Position numbers and translations under genes: made by a program. A DNA stretch of 64,000 bases from Felis catus (Eukaryota). Below are positions 25,590-37,739 of this stretch, in pieces. The stretch's first letter is position 1, and each line of letters begins with the position of its first letter. The notes below the pieces were generated by a model. That model saw only the letters and a list, made by a program, of their open reading frames with translations. It did not search any database and had not been told where the DNA came from. The stretch spans positions 173,664,001-173,728,000 of the forward strand of contig NC_058368.1 of assembly GCF_018350175.1 (NCBI RefSeq). The letters are read 5' to 3'.

Positions 25590-28500
25590 ACTTGTCACAT
25601 AAAGATGTACTTAAAAAAAAAAAAGAGCCAGTAAGCACTAAAGCAGTTTGTCAAAAAGCTTCCAAGAAGATTTAACTGTGTTCTTGTACAGGAAGATTCA
25701 ACATAAAGATGTCAATCACACACCCCCATATTCATTTATGAACTTAATAAAATTTAAGTTTTGAAAAGTTGATTATAAGGTTCTTCAGGAAAAGCAAATA
25801 AGCAAGAAAATCTGGGAAAACCCTGAAAAAAACCAATGAGGGACACTAGCCCTCCAGATTAAAATATATTATAAGCCTCTGTATTATGAGTAGTACTGGC
25901 ACATGTAAGACCAATGGAAAAAAGAAAATCCAGAAACAACACACCCAACTACATATAAAAATTTAGTACCGATAAAGGCAGTGTCTCAAACAGTAAGGAA
26001 AAATAGTTTAAAAAAAAATTTTTTTTTAACATTTATTTATTTTTGAGAGACAGAGAGAGAAAGAACACAAGCAGGGCAGAGGCAGAGAGAGGGAGACACA
26101 GAATCCGAAGCAGGCTCCAGGCTCCAAGCTGTAAGCACTGAGCCTGATGTGGGGCTTGAACTCACAAACCACGAGATCATGACCTGAGCCGAAGTCGGAC
26201 GCTTAACCGACTGAGCCACCCAGGCGATGCAGGAAAAACAGTTTTTAAAAAAAAAATAGACATTATTGGGGCACCTAGGTGGCTCAGTTGGTTGAGCGTT
26301 TGATGCTTGATTTCAGTTTAGGTCATGATCTCACGGTTCATGGGAATGAGCCCTGCACTGGGCTCCACGCTAAGTGTGGAGTCTGCCTACAAATCTCTCA
26401 CCCTCTGCCCTTACTCCCCCCCCCCACTAAAATTAAACCAACAAATGAACAAAAATAAACATGTTTCAGGGGTGCCTGGGTGGCTCAGTTGGTTCAGCAT
26501 CCCACTCTCGATTTTGGCTCAGGTCATGAACTCACAGTTCATGGGACTGAACCCTGCGGCAGGCTCCACACTGACAGCGAGGGGCCTGCTTGGGATTCTT
26601 TCTCTCCTCTCTCTGCCTCTTTCTTGCTCCATGTGCACACCCTCTCCTCAAAATAAATGAATAACTTTAAAAAAAAAAAAAAAAAAGGACATTATTTCTT
26701 AGAACAGTTCCGGGTTTACAGAAATATTCAAAGTACAGCCCTTCCCCTCAAAAAACCTTCTGTATGGCAATAAAACACCATATGCAGGGGCGCCTGGGTG
26801 GCGCAGTCGGTTAAGCGTCCGACTTCAGCCAGGTCACGATCTCGCGGTCCGTGAGTTCGAGCCCCGCGTCGGGCTCTGGGCTGATGGCTCAGAGCCTGGA
26901 GCCTGTTTCTGATTCTGTGTCTCCCTCTCTCTCTGCCCCTCCCCCGTTCATGCTCTGTCTCTCTCTGTCCCAAAAATAAATAAACGTTGAAAAAAAAAAT
27001 TAAAAAAAAAAAACACCATATGCAAAGGAAAGACCTAGGAATAATATTTACAAGTTATTTCATGGACAAAGGTTAACATTCCTAATATATAGTTTTTAAA
27101 AATAGAGAAGGGGCAGGGACACCTAGGTGGCTCAGTCAGTTAAGTGTCCGACTCCGGCTCAGGTCATGCTCTGGCTCGTGGGTTCGAGCCCCGTGACGGG
27201 TTCTGTGCTGACCACTTACTCAGAGCCTGGAGCCTGCTTCAAATTCTGTGTTTCCTTCTCTCTCTGCCTCTCCCCCACTTGCACTCTGTCTCACTCTGTC
27301 TCTCAAAAAAAAATAAATGTAAAATAAAAATTTTTTTTATAAAAAAAATAGAGATGGGCGCCTGGGTGGCTTAGTCGGTTAAGTGGCTGACTTTGGCTCA
27401 GATTATGATCTCACAGTTTGTGAGTTTGAGCCCTACACTGGACTCTGTACTGACAGTTCAGAGCCTGGAGCCTGCTTCAGATTCTGTGTCTCCCTCTCTC
27501 TCTGCCCCTCCCCCGATCACGTTCTGTCTCTCTCCCTCAAAAGTAAACACATCATAAATACATCAATAGAAATAAATAAATAGAGAATAAAAAGAACAAC
27601 AAACTAACAGAAAATTAAATTAAAACTATACTGAGTTTGCCTCATACACTGTTAGCAGGAGCACAAAATGGTCCAATCTTCATGGAGGAAAATTTGGCAA
27701 TATCTAACAGTTATATATGCATATACATAAGCATTTAACCCTCTGACCCAGAAATCTTTCTAGGAATCTATCCCAGAGACACACTAGCAAAAAATAAAGT
27801 CATGAATAAGGCTAGTTACTGCCCTACTATTTGTAACAGTAAAAGATGAGAAATAACCCAGATGTCCATCAACAATGAGCAATCCATACAATAGAGATAG
27901 CACACAGTTATGAATGAAAGAGAAAAAATTCCCTATAATGCTATGCAAAACTATCAGGAGGTATTAGATATAAAAATAAGATAGAAAAAAGTATGTATAT
28001 TACTGTTTACCTTTTTTAAAAGGGGGAGCAATATATATATACACATATATATATACATATATATATACACACGTATATATATATATATACACACACAGTA
28101 CATTAAACAATGGAAAGATAAAGTTTTTAAAAGATTTTAAGTTTATCCTTCCTCTCTCTCTGCTCCTCTCCTGCTCATGTTCTGTCTCTCTCCTTCTAAA
28201 AAAAAAAAATTAAAAAAAATTTTTAAGTTTATCTGTAGCAGAAAGGAACAAAGTATAAGAAAGGAATAGAAGTTCAATTTCTTTATAAAACATATTCATA
28301 AATATATCTATGTTTACATTATATATTTATAATATATATTCATAACTATTTCCAAGACAATTTTTTTTTTTTTAAGCAGCAGCAAGGGTGCCTGGGTGGC
28401 TCAGTCAGTTAAGTGTCTGACTCTTCAAAACAAAACAAAAAACGTCCAACTTGATTTCAGCTCAGGTCACGATCTCAGTTTAAGTGCGAGCCCCACATCG

Positions 28501-30200
28501 GGCTCCACACGGTGTGGAGACTGCCTGGGATTCTCTCTCCCTCCCTCTCTCTCTGCCCCTCCCCTGGTCATGCTCACACTCTCTCAAAATAAATAAATAA
28601 ACTTAAAAAAACTTTTTTTAATTAAAAAAAAAAAATGAAAAGCAGCAGCAATCCCTAAACATTAGAAGCTAAAATCAAATAAATGTACCTAGTTGGTGGC
28701 ATAACAATATAGATAAACTATCCCAAATGACTTTAAAATACTAAACTGACAATACATCCTGCAAAAACAGGGACTTAAATTATTTTACATAATCATACTG
28801 TTGTTGCTAGTATGAGTATTGCTATTTTGAGAAAGTTAAGTGCTGATTATGTCATAAAGCAAAGGAATAATCATGTTGTCTCATTAAGATGTTTCTGGCA
28901 TGAAGAAAGAAGAGAGGTAAGGTGTAGGGCTGAATTTTAATTGGTAGCCCTCAATCTGATCTAGAAATATCAAATTGTTTTATTATGAAATAAATAAATA
29001 CAAATATATTTGTGTGTATATATCTGTGTACAAATATATCTGTGTATATATGTATTCTTAGTTCTGTCAACTAAAAAGTTCTAGACCAACCCAATAGCAA
29101 TAAGCAATCATAACTCTAAGACCTATAGCATCTAAATATTATTTCTTCCCCACCAAAAATGAGCTTTTTTAGAGAACTGGCTAATTCTAGATCTAGGCAT
29201 AAATTCTAAAACCTACTCATTGTTTTTTTTTTTTTTAACGTTTATTTATTTTTGAGACAGAGACAAAGGATGAATGGGGGAGGGGCAGAGAGAGAGGGAG
29301 ACACAGAATCAGAAGCAGCCTCCAGGCCCAGAGCCGTCAGCCCAGAGCCTGACACGGGGCTCGAACTCACGGACCGCGAGATCGTGACCTGAGCTGAAGT
29401 CGGACGCTCAACCAACTGAGCCACCCAGGCGCCCCCTAAAACCTACTCAAGATGAGTTTGAAACATCTTATGTCAGAAAGCCAAACAACTATCAAAAATT
29501 ACTGGGACCATGGCAATAAGACAAAATTACTTAGGAACAAAAATATGAGGCTCTTACAAACTCAAAAGGAAAATCTCTTCTGTGTCTCTGAAAAAATAAA
29601 TTGTGTAAATATTAGGATTTAGAAAAAGTCATCAGGGGACGTCTGAGTGGCTCAGTCAGTTGAGTGTCCAACTCTTGATTTGGGCTCGGGTCAAGATCCC
29701 AGGGCAGGTGGGATAGAGCCCAGGCCATGATCCCAGGATGGGGGGGCTCAAGTGGGGAGCCTGCTCGGGTTATATTCTTTCTCTCTCTGCCCCTCTCCCC
29801 TGATTGAATTCCCTCTTAAAAAAAAAAAAGTCATCAGGAATCAAACTAAAGAAACTCACAATTGTCAAAGATGGCACAATCTGAGCCTCAATAAGCACAA
29901 TGGCAATAAGTTACAATACATTAAATATATTTAAATTCAAGAGTTCATACCAATACTCAATTTTTTAAAAACCTCACTGGTTACTTTTGGAGGATGCTAG
30001 GAAATCAACTCATTATTTAAAAACTACTAAATAACTGAAAGCATCAAATGCTTATCCTGACTTTACATATACTATATAACTCAGTGTAACTAAACAGATG
30101 AGGGAATATATCTTTATACAGGAATCCCTATTAATAAATAAAGAAGAAATGAGAGAATTAGAATGTCTTCATTTTGTATGTCAAAAGGCTAAGTAAAAGC
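25590..30200 (+). mobile_element. Highly fragmented ancient L1M (ORF2 end and 3' UTR) interrupted by many CAN-SINEs
   Basis: Degenerate L1 motifs occur between the SINEs (GGAAGATTCAAC...GATGTCAAT, GGAGGAAAATTTGGCAATATCT, CCCAGATGTCCATCAACA). Boundaries are approximate. Confidence 0.5.
26787..27009 (+). mobile_element. Young CAN-SINE (SINEC_Fc type)
   Basis: CpG-rich body. The perfect TSD AAAACACCATATGCA is at 26772-26786 and 27010-27024. Confidence 0.95.
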
Positions 30201-30257
30201 TAATGAAATATATTAATATTAAGCTTGTGGAAAATGTGTTTAAGGATACTAACACTG

Positions 30258-30590
30258 GTCCCAACCTGTCTGTGGTTTGGGGTTGTTATCTGTCTTATAA
30301 AGCAAAGTAGAGGGTCTGTCTTCTGGGAATACAAAGTCATCTTCTCCTCTGAAAAAGCCTCCTACACAGTTGGCTTTGGCATCTTCTGGGAATAGGGAGG
30401 CAAATTAAGGCCTCATAAGTCTGGGTTTTCAGCCAAGGTAGAGAGAGAAGACAGTGCTCATAACCAGAAAGTCCAGAGCTGGATGGATGTAGTACCTCCA
30501 GGACTCATTACCATTAACCCAGCCTGGGCTTTATGATAGTCATAGAAGGGGATTCATTAACAATAAAATAATAAGTTCCAAGAAAAGAAA
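30258..30590 (+). pseudogene. Orphan retroposed insert (processed 3'-UTR fragment or orphan 3' transduction), source unknown
   Basis: The 333 nt do not resemble any repeat I recognise. They end in AATAAA (30562-30567) and an A-rich tail. The 16-bp TSD AAGGATA(C/T)TAACACTG is at 30242-30257 and 30591-30606. Confidence 0.7.
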
Positions 30591-31469
30591 AAGGATATTA
30601 ACACTGTAAGCTAATTTTGAATTTTTTTAAGTTTATTCATTTATTCTGAGAGAAAAGAGAGCGAGCAGGTACATGTGAGGGCGGGACAGAGAGAGGGAGA
30701 GAAAGAATCCCAAGCAGACTCCTCTCTAACATTAAGGACTCAAGGCTCGAATCCAAGAAGAGCAAGATCATGACCTGAGCCAAAACCAAGATCTGGACGC
30801 TCAACCAACTGAGCCACCCAGGTGCCCCTAAATTTGAATTTTTAAGTGAAGAAATGCTACAAAGTTTTATTGTCAACACTTTTAATTCTCAAATCGCAGG
30901 TTTAATTCTGTACATTTGAATAATGTAAGACAAGCCTTCTGTATGTAAAATCTTCTCTATATCCTCTTTGAAAGGACCTTTACTCCTTCAAGTATATTTT
31001 GGGTTACTTGGCAAGTGTTTCTTATCTACTAACTTCCAAGTTTTAAAAGGGACAACAGTTTTGCAAATTCTCAAGTCCACCCTTTATTAAATACTCCCCA
31101 GAAAAATAAACAGAAATAGAAGAGAACATGTGAAAAATTGAACATTCTCCAGGATTGGGTGGAAGCCTGCCCCTTTTATGTCCTGGGATAGGACAGAACA
31201 TGATCAGAGCCCATTTGGGCTGGGAGAGGTTTGGGCAGTTAGAAAGGAGCTCTCCCTCCTCTGAGTGCTGAGGGTGTGCTGGCCACTGTAAGATTGAAGT
31301 CACTGGCTGGCATTGACCCTGAGCCTTGGGACGACTTTTCCAGCTTCTGGAGGTGATGTGTGGCACTGAGGGGCCTGGGTCCACACAGTACCTATGCATC
31401 AGGCATTTTACATGCATTGTCTCATTTAATCCTTTTAAGAACTCAAAATACCCTTTCATAAGAACGTAA

Positions 31470-34290
31470 ACTAGGAACAGAAGGGAGCTTCCTCACACTA
31501 ATAAAGTACATGTGAAAAAAACTCACGGCTAAAATGATAATGTGAAAGACAATGCTTTCCCCTTAAGATAAAGAACAAGAAGATAAGAATGTCTGCTCTG
31601 GGGGCGTCTGGGTGGCTCAGTCGGTTGGGTGTCTGACTCGGTTTCGGCTCAGGTCATGATCTCACAGTGGGTGGGTTCAAGCCCCACATCAGGCTCTGTG
31701 CTGATGGTGCAGAGCCTGCTTGGGATTCTTTCTCTCTGGCTCTCTCTGCCCCTCCCACACACTCTCTCTCTTAAAATAAACTAAAAAAAAAAAAAATAAA
31801 TAATAATAATAATAATAATAAAGAATGTCTGCTCTTGTCACTTATATTCAACATTTTACAAGGAAATTAAGCAAGAAAAAAAAAGGGGGGGGGCATCCAG
31901 ACTGTAAAGAAAGAAGTAAACCTTTTTTCACAGATAATATAATCTTGTATATAAGAAATCCCAAGAAATCTACAAAAAAAAAATAGAATAATGAGTTCAA
32001 TAAGGTTGCAGGATACAAGATCAACATATAAAAATCAATTCTACTTCTATACATTAGCAATGAACAATCTAAAAATAAAACAGTTCCTTTCACAGAACCA
32101 CCAAAAACAGTAAAATATTTAGGAATAAATTTAACAAAAAAAGTGCAAGACTTGTACACAAAAAACTATAAAACATCACTGAGAAAGACTAAAGAAAAAA
32201 AAAAAAAGACTCCCCATGGTCATGGATTAGAAGACTTAAGGGGCACCTGGGTGGCTCAGTCGGTTAAGCCTCCGACTTCAAGTCAGGTCATGATCTCATG
32301 GCTGGTGAGTCTGAGCCCCATGTTGGGCTCTGTGTTGACAACTCAAGAGTCTGGAGCATGTTTCAGATTCTGCCTCCATCTCTCTCTGCCCCTCCCCCAT
32401 TCACGCTGTCTCTCTCTCAAATACAAACATTTTTTTAAAGCCTTAATTTTTTTTTTAATTTTTTTTTCAACGTTTTTTATTTATTTTTGGGACAGAGAGA
32501 GACAGAGCATGAACGGTCGAGGGGCAGAGAGAGAGGGAGACACAGAATCGGAAACAGGCTCCAGGCTCCGAGCCATCAGCCCAGAGCCTGACGCGGGGCT
32601 CGAACTCACGGACTGCGAGATCGTGACCTGGCTGAAGTCGGACGCTTAACCGACTGCGCCACCCAGGCGCCCCTAAAGCCTTAATTTTTTTTAAGATGGC
32701 AATAATCTCCATATTTATCTACAGACTAAACAGCAATCCCTATCAAAATGCAGCTGCCTTTTTTTTTTTTTGCAGAAATTGACAAGGTGATTCTAACAAT
32801 TTGGAAATTAAAGAGACCCAGAACAGCCAAAATAAATCTGAAAAAGAACAAAGTTGGAGGACTCACATTTCCTAATTTCGTACTTACAACTACAACAGTC
32901 AAGACAGTGTGGTACTAGCATAAGAATACAGATCAAAGGAATAGAAATGAAAGTCCAGAAATAAATCTGTAAGTATGGCTGACTGATTTTTCAACAGGGG
33001 TTCCAAGGTCATTCAACAGGAAAAGAATAGTCTTTTAAATAAATGGTGCCAGGAAAACTGAACACCCACATGCAAAAGAATGAAATAGAACCCTTACCTC
33101 ACATCTGTTAACTAAAAACAGATCAGACCTTATATATGTAAGACACCAAAAGATACAGATAGGACACCAAATGGACAGGCAACAAAAGGTAAAACAAATA
33201 AATCAGGTTCCATCAAAATTTAAAACTTCAATAAACACCATCAAGAAAGTGAAGACAACCCACAGAATGGAGAGTATTTTTGCCAATGATATATCTGATA
33301 AAAGACTTGTATCAGAATATGTAAAGAACTCTTACAACCCAAAAGCCATGTAACCCAATTTAAAAAACGGGCAAAGAATCTGAACAGATATTTCTCCAAG
33401 ACGACTGACATATGACCAATAAGCACATGAAAAATGCTCATCATGTTAGTCATTGAGGAAATGCAAATCAAAATAACGAGATACTACTTCACACTTACCA
33501 AGATGGCTACAAAGATGGATGATTAACAAATGTTAGTGAGGGGGCGCCTGGGTGGCTCTTTCTGTTGAGCGTCCGACTTCGGCTCAGGCCATGATCTCAC
33601 GGCTCATGAGTTCAAGCCCCACATTGGGCTCTATGCTGACAGCTCAGCTCTGTGCTGACAGCTCGGAGCCTGGAGCCTGCTCCAGATTCTGTGTCTCCCT
33701 CTCTCTCTGCCCCTAACCCACTCGCGTTCTGTCTCTCTCTCAAAAATGAACATACACATTAAAAAAAAATTTTTTAATAAAAAAATAAAAAAGAAAAAAC
33801 AAATGCTAGTGAGGATGTGGAGAAACTGGAACCCTCACACAATACTGGTGAGGAAAATGGTGTAGCTGCTTAGGAAAAACTGTTTGGCAATTTCTCAAAA
33901 AGTTAAACAGAGTTACCATGTGACCCAGATATTCTACTATTAGGAGAAATGAAAACATGTCCACACGAATATTTGTATATATTCATAGCAGCATTAGCAG
34001 TAATAGCTAAAATGTAGAAGCAAGCCAAATGCCCATTGAATGCATAAACAAATGTAGTTTATTCACACAATGGACTATTATTCAGCCATAAAAAGGAATG
34101 AAGTACCAATACAGGCCACAACATTGATGAACCTTGTGACTGCTAATGGGCACAGGTTTCTTTTGGGGATGATAAAAATGTTGTAAATAGTGGTAATGGT
34201 TGCACAACTCTGTAAATATACTAATTGTGTATTTTAAAAGGGTTAATTTATGGTATGTGAATTATAGCTCAATAAAACTGTTATAAAACA
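31470..34290 (+). mobile_element. Old LINE-1 ORF2 3' half and 3' UTR with nested SINEs
   Basis: Degenerate ORF2 (GTTGCAGGATACAAGATCAAC, AAGAACAAAGTTGGAGGACTCAC, AAATGGTGCCAGGAAAACTG) is followed by an L1MB-like 3' UTR. Confidence 0.8.
32446..32673 (-). mobile_element. Young CAN-SINE (SINEC_Fc type)
   Basis: Reverse complement of the same subfamily, flanked by a duplicated TAAAGCCTTAATTTT. Confidence 0.93.
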
Positions 34291-34522
34291 AAAAGATCCC
34301 AAAAGACCACTAGAAAACTATTTTTAGTTTCTATGATCATTTTAGTAATGATCATAAAACATTAAGAAATTAGATAAAAGATCCAAAATCTTAAGATAAA
34401 TGTACAGAATTCAATAGCATTTCTATTAGTAACCATTTAGAAATAAAGAAATGTTCTATTCATAAGGGACCAAAACTATAAAATACCTAGGAATAAATTT
34501 AATAAGGAACATATAAAATTTA

Positions 34523-35225
34523 TTTTATTTTTTTAAATATGAAATGTATTGTCAAATTGGTTTCCATACAACACCCAGTGCTCATCCCAACGGTGCCCTC
34601 CTCAATACCCATCACCCACCCTCCCCTCCCTCCCACCCCCCATCAACACTCAGTTTGTTCTCAGTTTTTAAGAGTCTCTTATGTTTTGGCTCTCTCCCTC
34701 TCTAACCTCGTTTTTTTTTTTTTTTTTTTTCCTTCCCGTCCCCCATGGTCTTCTGTTAAGTTTCTCAGGATCCACCTAAGAGTGAAAACATATGGTATGT
34801 CTTTCTTTGTATGACTTACTTCACTTAGGATAACACTCTCCAGTTCCATTCACGTTGCTACAAAAGGCCATATTTCATTCTTTCTCATTGCCACGTAGTA
34901 TTCCGTTGTGTATATAAACCACACTTTCTTTATCCATTCATCAGTTGATGGACATTTAGGCTCTTTCCATAATTTGGCTATTGTTGAAAGTGCTGCTATA
35001 AACATTGGGGTACAAGTGCCCCTATGCATCAGCACTCCTGTATCCCTTGGGTAAATTCCTAGCAGTGCTATTGTTGGGTCATAGGGTAGGTCTATTTTTA
35101 ATTTTTTGAGGAACCTCCACACTGTTTTCCAGAGTGGCTGCACCAGTTTGCATTCCCACCAACAGTGCAAGAGGGTACCTGTTTCTCCATATCCTCTCCA
35201 GCATCTATAGTCTCCTGATTTGTTC
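34523..35225 (-). mobile_element. Young felid LINE-1 3' fragment (~700 bp)
   Basis: Encodes the ORF2 C-terminal peptide ([32 protein letters not shown]) and carries the 3' UTR and a T-tract. A perfect flanking repeat ATAAGGAACATATAAAATTTA is at 34502-34522 and 35226-35246. Confidence 0.93.
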
Positions 35226-36932
35226 ATAAGGAACATATAAAATTTAGATAAAGGAAGTTACAAAAACTATTTTATTTTTAAGTTTACTTATTTATTTGGG
35301 GGGAAGGGGGTGGAGAATCCCAAGCAGGTTCTGCACTATCAGCACAGAGCCCAATGCGTGGCTTGATCTCACAAACTGTGAGATCATGACCTGAGCCGAG
35401 ATCAAGAGCCAGACCCTTAACCAACTGAGCCACCCAGGCACCCCACAAAAAATATTTTAAAGGATATGTGATACATCTGAATAAAGAGATGTACATGTTC
35501 CTGAATGTCAACCAGTCCCAAATTAACATACATATATTATGCACTTCCAATAATCCCGCAACTGCACAAAACGATTTTTAATAATATATCATCTATAATC
35601 ATATAAATTTTTGTATGTAAAATCATTTTTGTATACAAAAAAGCTTGCAAACACCACCAATAATTTTTTAAAAAATAGGGAAGGAGTCCTATCTTTCAGA
35701 TATTAAAACTTAATATAAAGCCTATTGTTATTAATTCAGTAGTGGTACCAGCAGACAGGTTGGTGAAACAGAATACAGTATGATAAAAAGGACTGGGGGA
35801 AGGGATGGATTATTCAGCTAACCTATAATCTCTTCTAGAAGAAAGTGAGCAATTTAACAAATGAAAGTGAAAAGATAACAAAATCAGAGATAAAGGATAG
35901 ATATCATGAAAAATATCTGCTATACATATACATGACCAATATCCCTTTTTATATAAAGAACTACAAATCAATAATAAAATGTCAAATAATCCAACAGCAA
36001 ATGAACAAAGGATAGACGGGCAATTTACACATTAACTGTAAATAGCCATTAGAAGCTTAATCAGGAGTTTATGGAACAATGGAATTCAATAGTAAAATAA
36101 GCACTTTTATTCTGCAACCAACTTGGCCAGAAAGCAAACTCCCCATACCTGGAGACACCTGCTAGCTCTTAAAAAAATAGAGGCTCATAAGCCAGTTCTT
36201 GTCTCCAATGTTCCTTATTCTTCCTTATTAGAAATAGGTTAAAACAAGTGTTTGCATTAGCTATTCAAACTTGACTGAAAAACAAAACCAAAAATTACAA
36301 ACACCACTACCACTACAAATGCAAATTAAAACGAGAAGCTTAAAAATTTTAACTGAATCCACAAAACTTCAAAAAGATACTATCCAGTGCTGGCAGTGGT
36401 GTGGGGAAACAGGTCCTCTCACATCCTCTTGGTCAGAGTGTGAACTGCCAAAACTCCCTAGAAAATAATCTACCGATAGCTATTAAAATGTACAAAGTAC
36501 GTTTTGACCGAGTAACACATTTTTAGGATTCTGTTCTACAGAAATAAAAGCCCTACTATATCAGCAACATCCCTTACATCCATAACTATATCTCTGACCA
36601 CTTCCTTCACCTTCATGTTCTCACTGAAACTTGGCTTTTCTCTGAAGATACTTCTTCCTCTGAAGCCTTCTCTCTCCCATTTTCTCTCTCGTATCTGTAG
36701 GCATGGAAGTGAGATGCCTACATTTACTCATTCCCACTTTTGGAGATTCTTCTCTTTCTCCTTAAAAAGTCCACTTTTGGGGTGCCTGGGTGGCTCAGTT
36801 GGTTAAGTGACCAACTCTTTATTTCAGCTCAGGTCATGATCTCATGGTTTGGGAGTTCGAGCCTCATGTCAGGCTCTGTGCTGACAGCGTGGAACCTGCC
36901 TGGGATTCAGTCTCCCTTTCTCTCAGCCTCTG

Positions 36933-36971
<39 letters not shown>

Positions 36972-37350
36972 AAATAACTTTTAAAAAGTCCACTTTTATG
37001 TAAAAGAGGTTAAGAGAATTATCATGAGTGATGATGTCCTGAATTAGAATCATAGTTTTGACTTCCTTTGCTGTGTTTGCTTTCTTAAAACTACCACATA
37101 GCAATTGTTATTGGCCCTATTCATTTACCTATAGTTGAAAACAAATCAACACTTAGGGCTGGAGAGGCAGTGCCAGGTGGTAGGAAAGAAGAGAAAGAAT
37201 CCAGAATTCTAGATTCAAATCTAAGCTTGTCACTAACCTTAGGTAAATTACCTACAGATCTTAGTTTACTCACCAATACCAGAACCTACACCATTTATTT
37301 TTTGAAGGGAATCAATGACACAATGAATCTAGAGCACTCTGGATAGAGTA

Positions 37351-37663
37351 TGGTAGACCCCAGAACAACATGGATGGTGGGGGACCAAGCTCTATGCAGT
37401 TGAAAATCAAGATCTTTGGACTCCCCTAAATTTAACTACTAATAGCCTACTGTTGAAAAGAAACCTTATTGATAGCACAGCTGATTAACACATATTTTGT
37501 AGGTTTATATGCATTATATACTATATTCTTACAATAAAGTAAGCTAGGGGAAAGCAAATGTTATTAAGAAAATGATAGAAAATACATTTACAATACTGTA
37601 CTGTATTTATTACAAATAATCCACTTATAAGGTCAAATCCATGTTGTTCAAGAGTCAATTGTA
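37351..37663. mobile_element. Tigger2-derived (Tigger2a/MER8-like) DNA transposon
   Basis: TIR-like ends (GACCCCAGAACAACA ... TGTTGTTCAAGAGTCAATTG) and internal TTAACTACTAATAGCCTACTGTTGA and TTCTTACAATAAAGTAAGCTAG. Confidence 0.7.
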
Positions 37664-37739
37664 ATGCTCAATAGATGTTTAAGTGACATTACGAACAAAA
37701 ACACCTTCAAATCTCAAATTTTCTTATGTATTCTTGCTC

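Noticed and set aside
31043..31459. 138-aa minus-strand ORF in the intron
   Set aside because: It starts in L1/MIR-derived sequence and has no recognisable domain or FAF2 similarity, so it is most likely a chance ORF.
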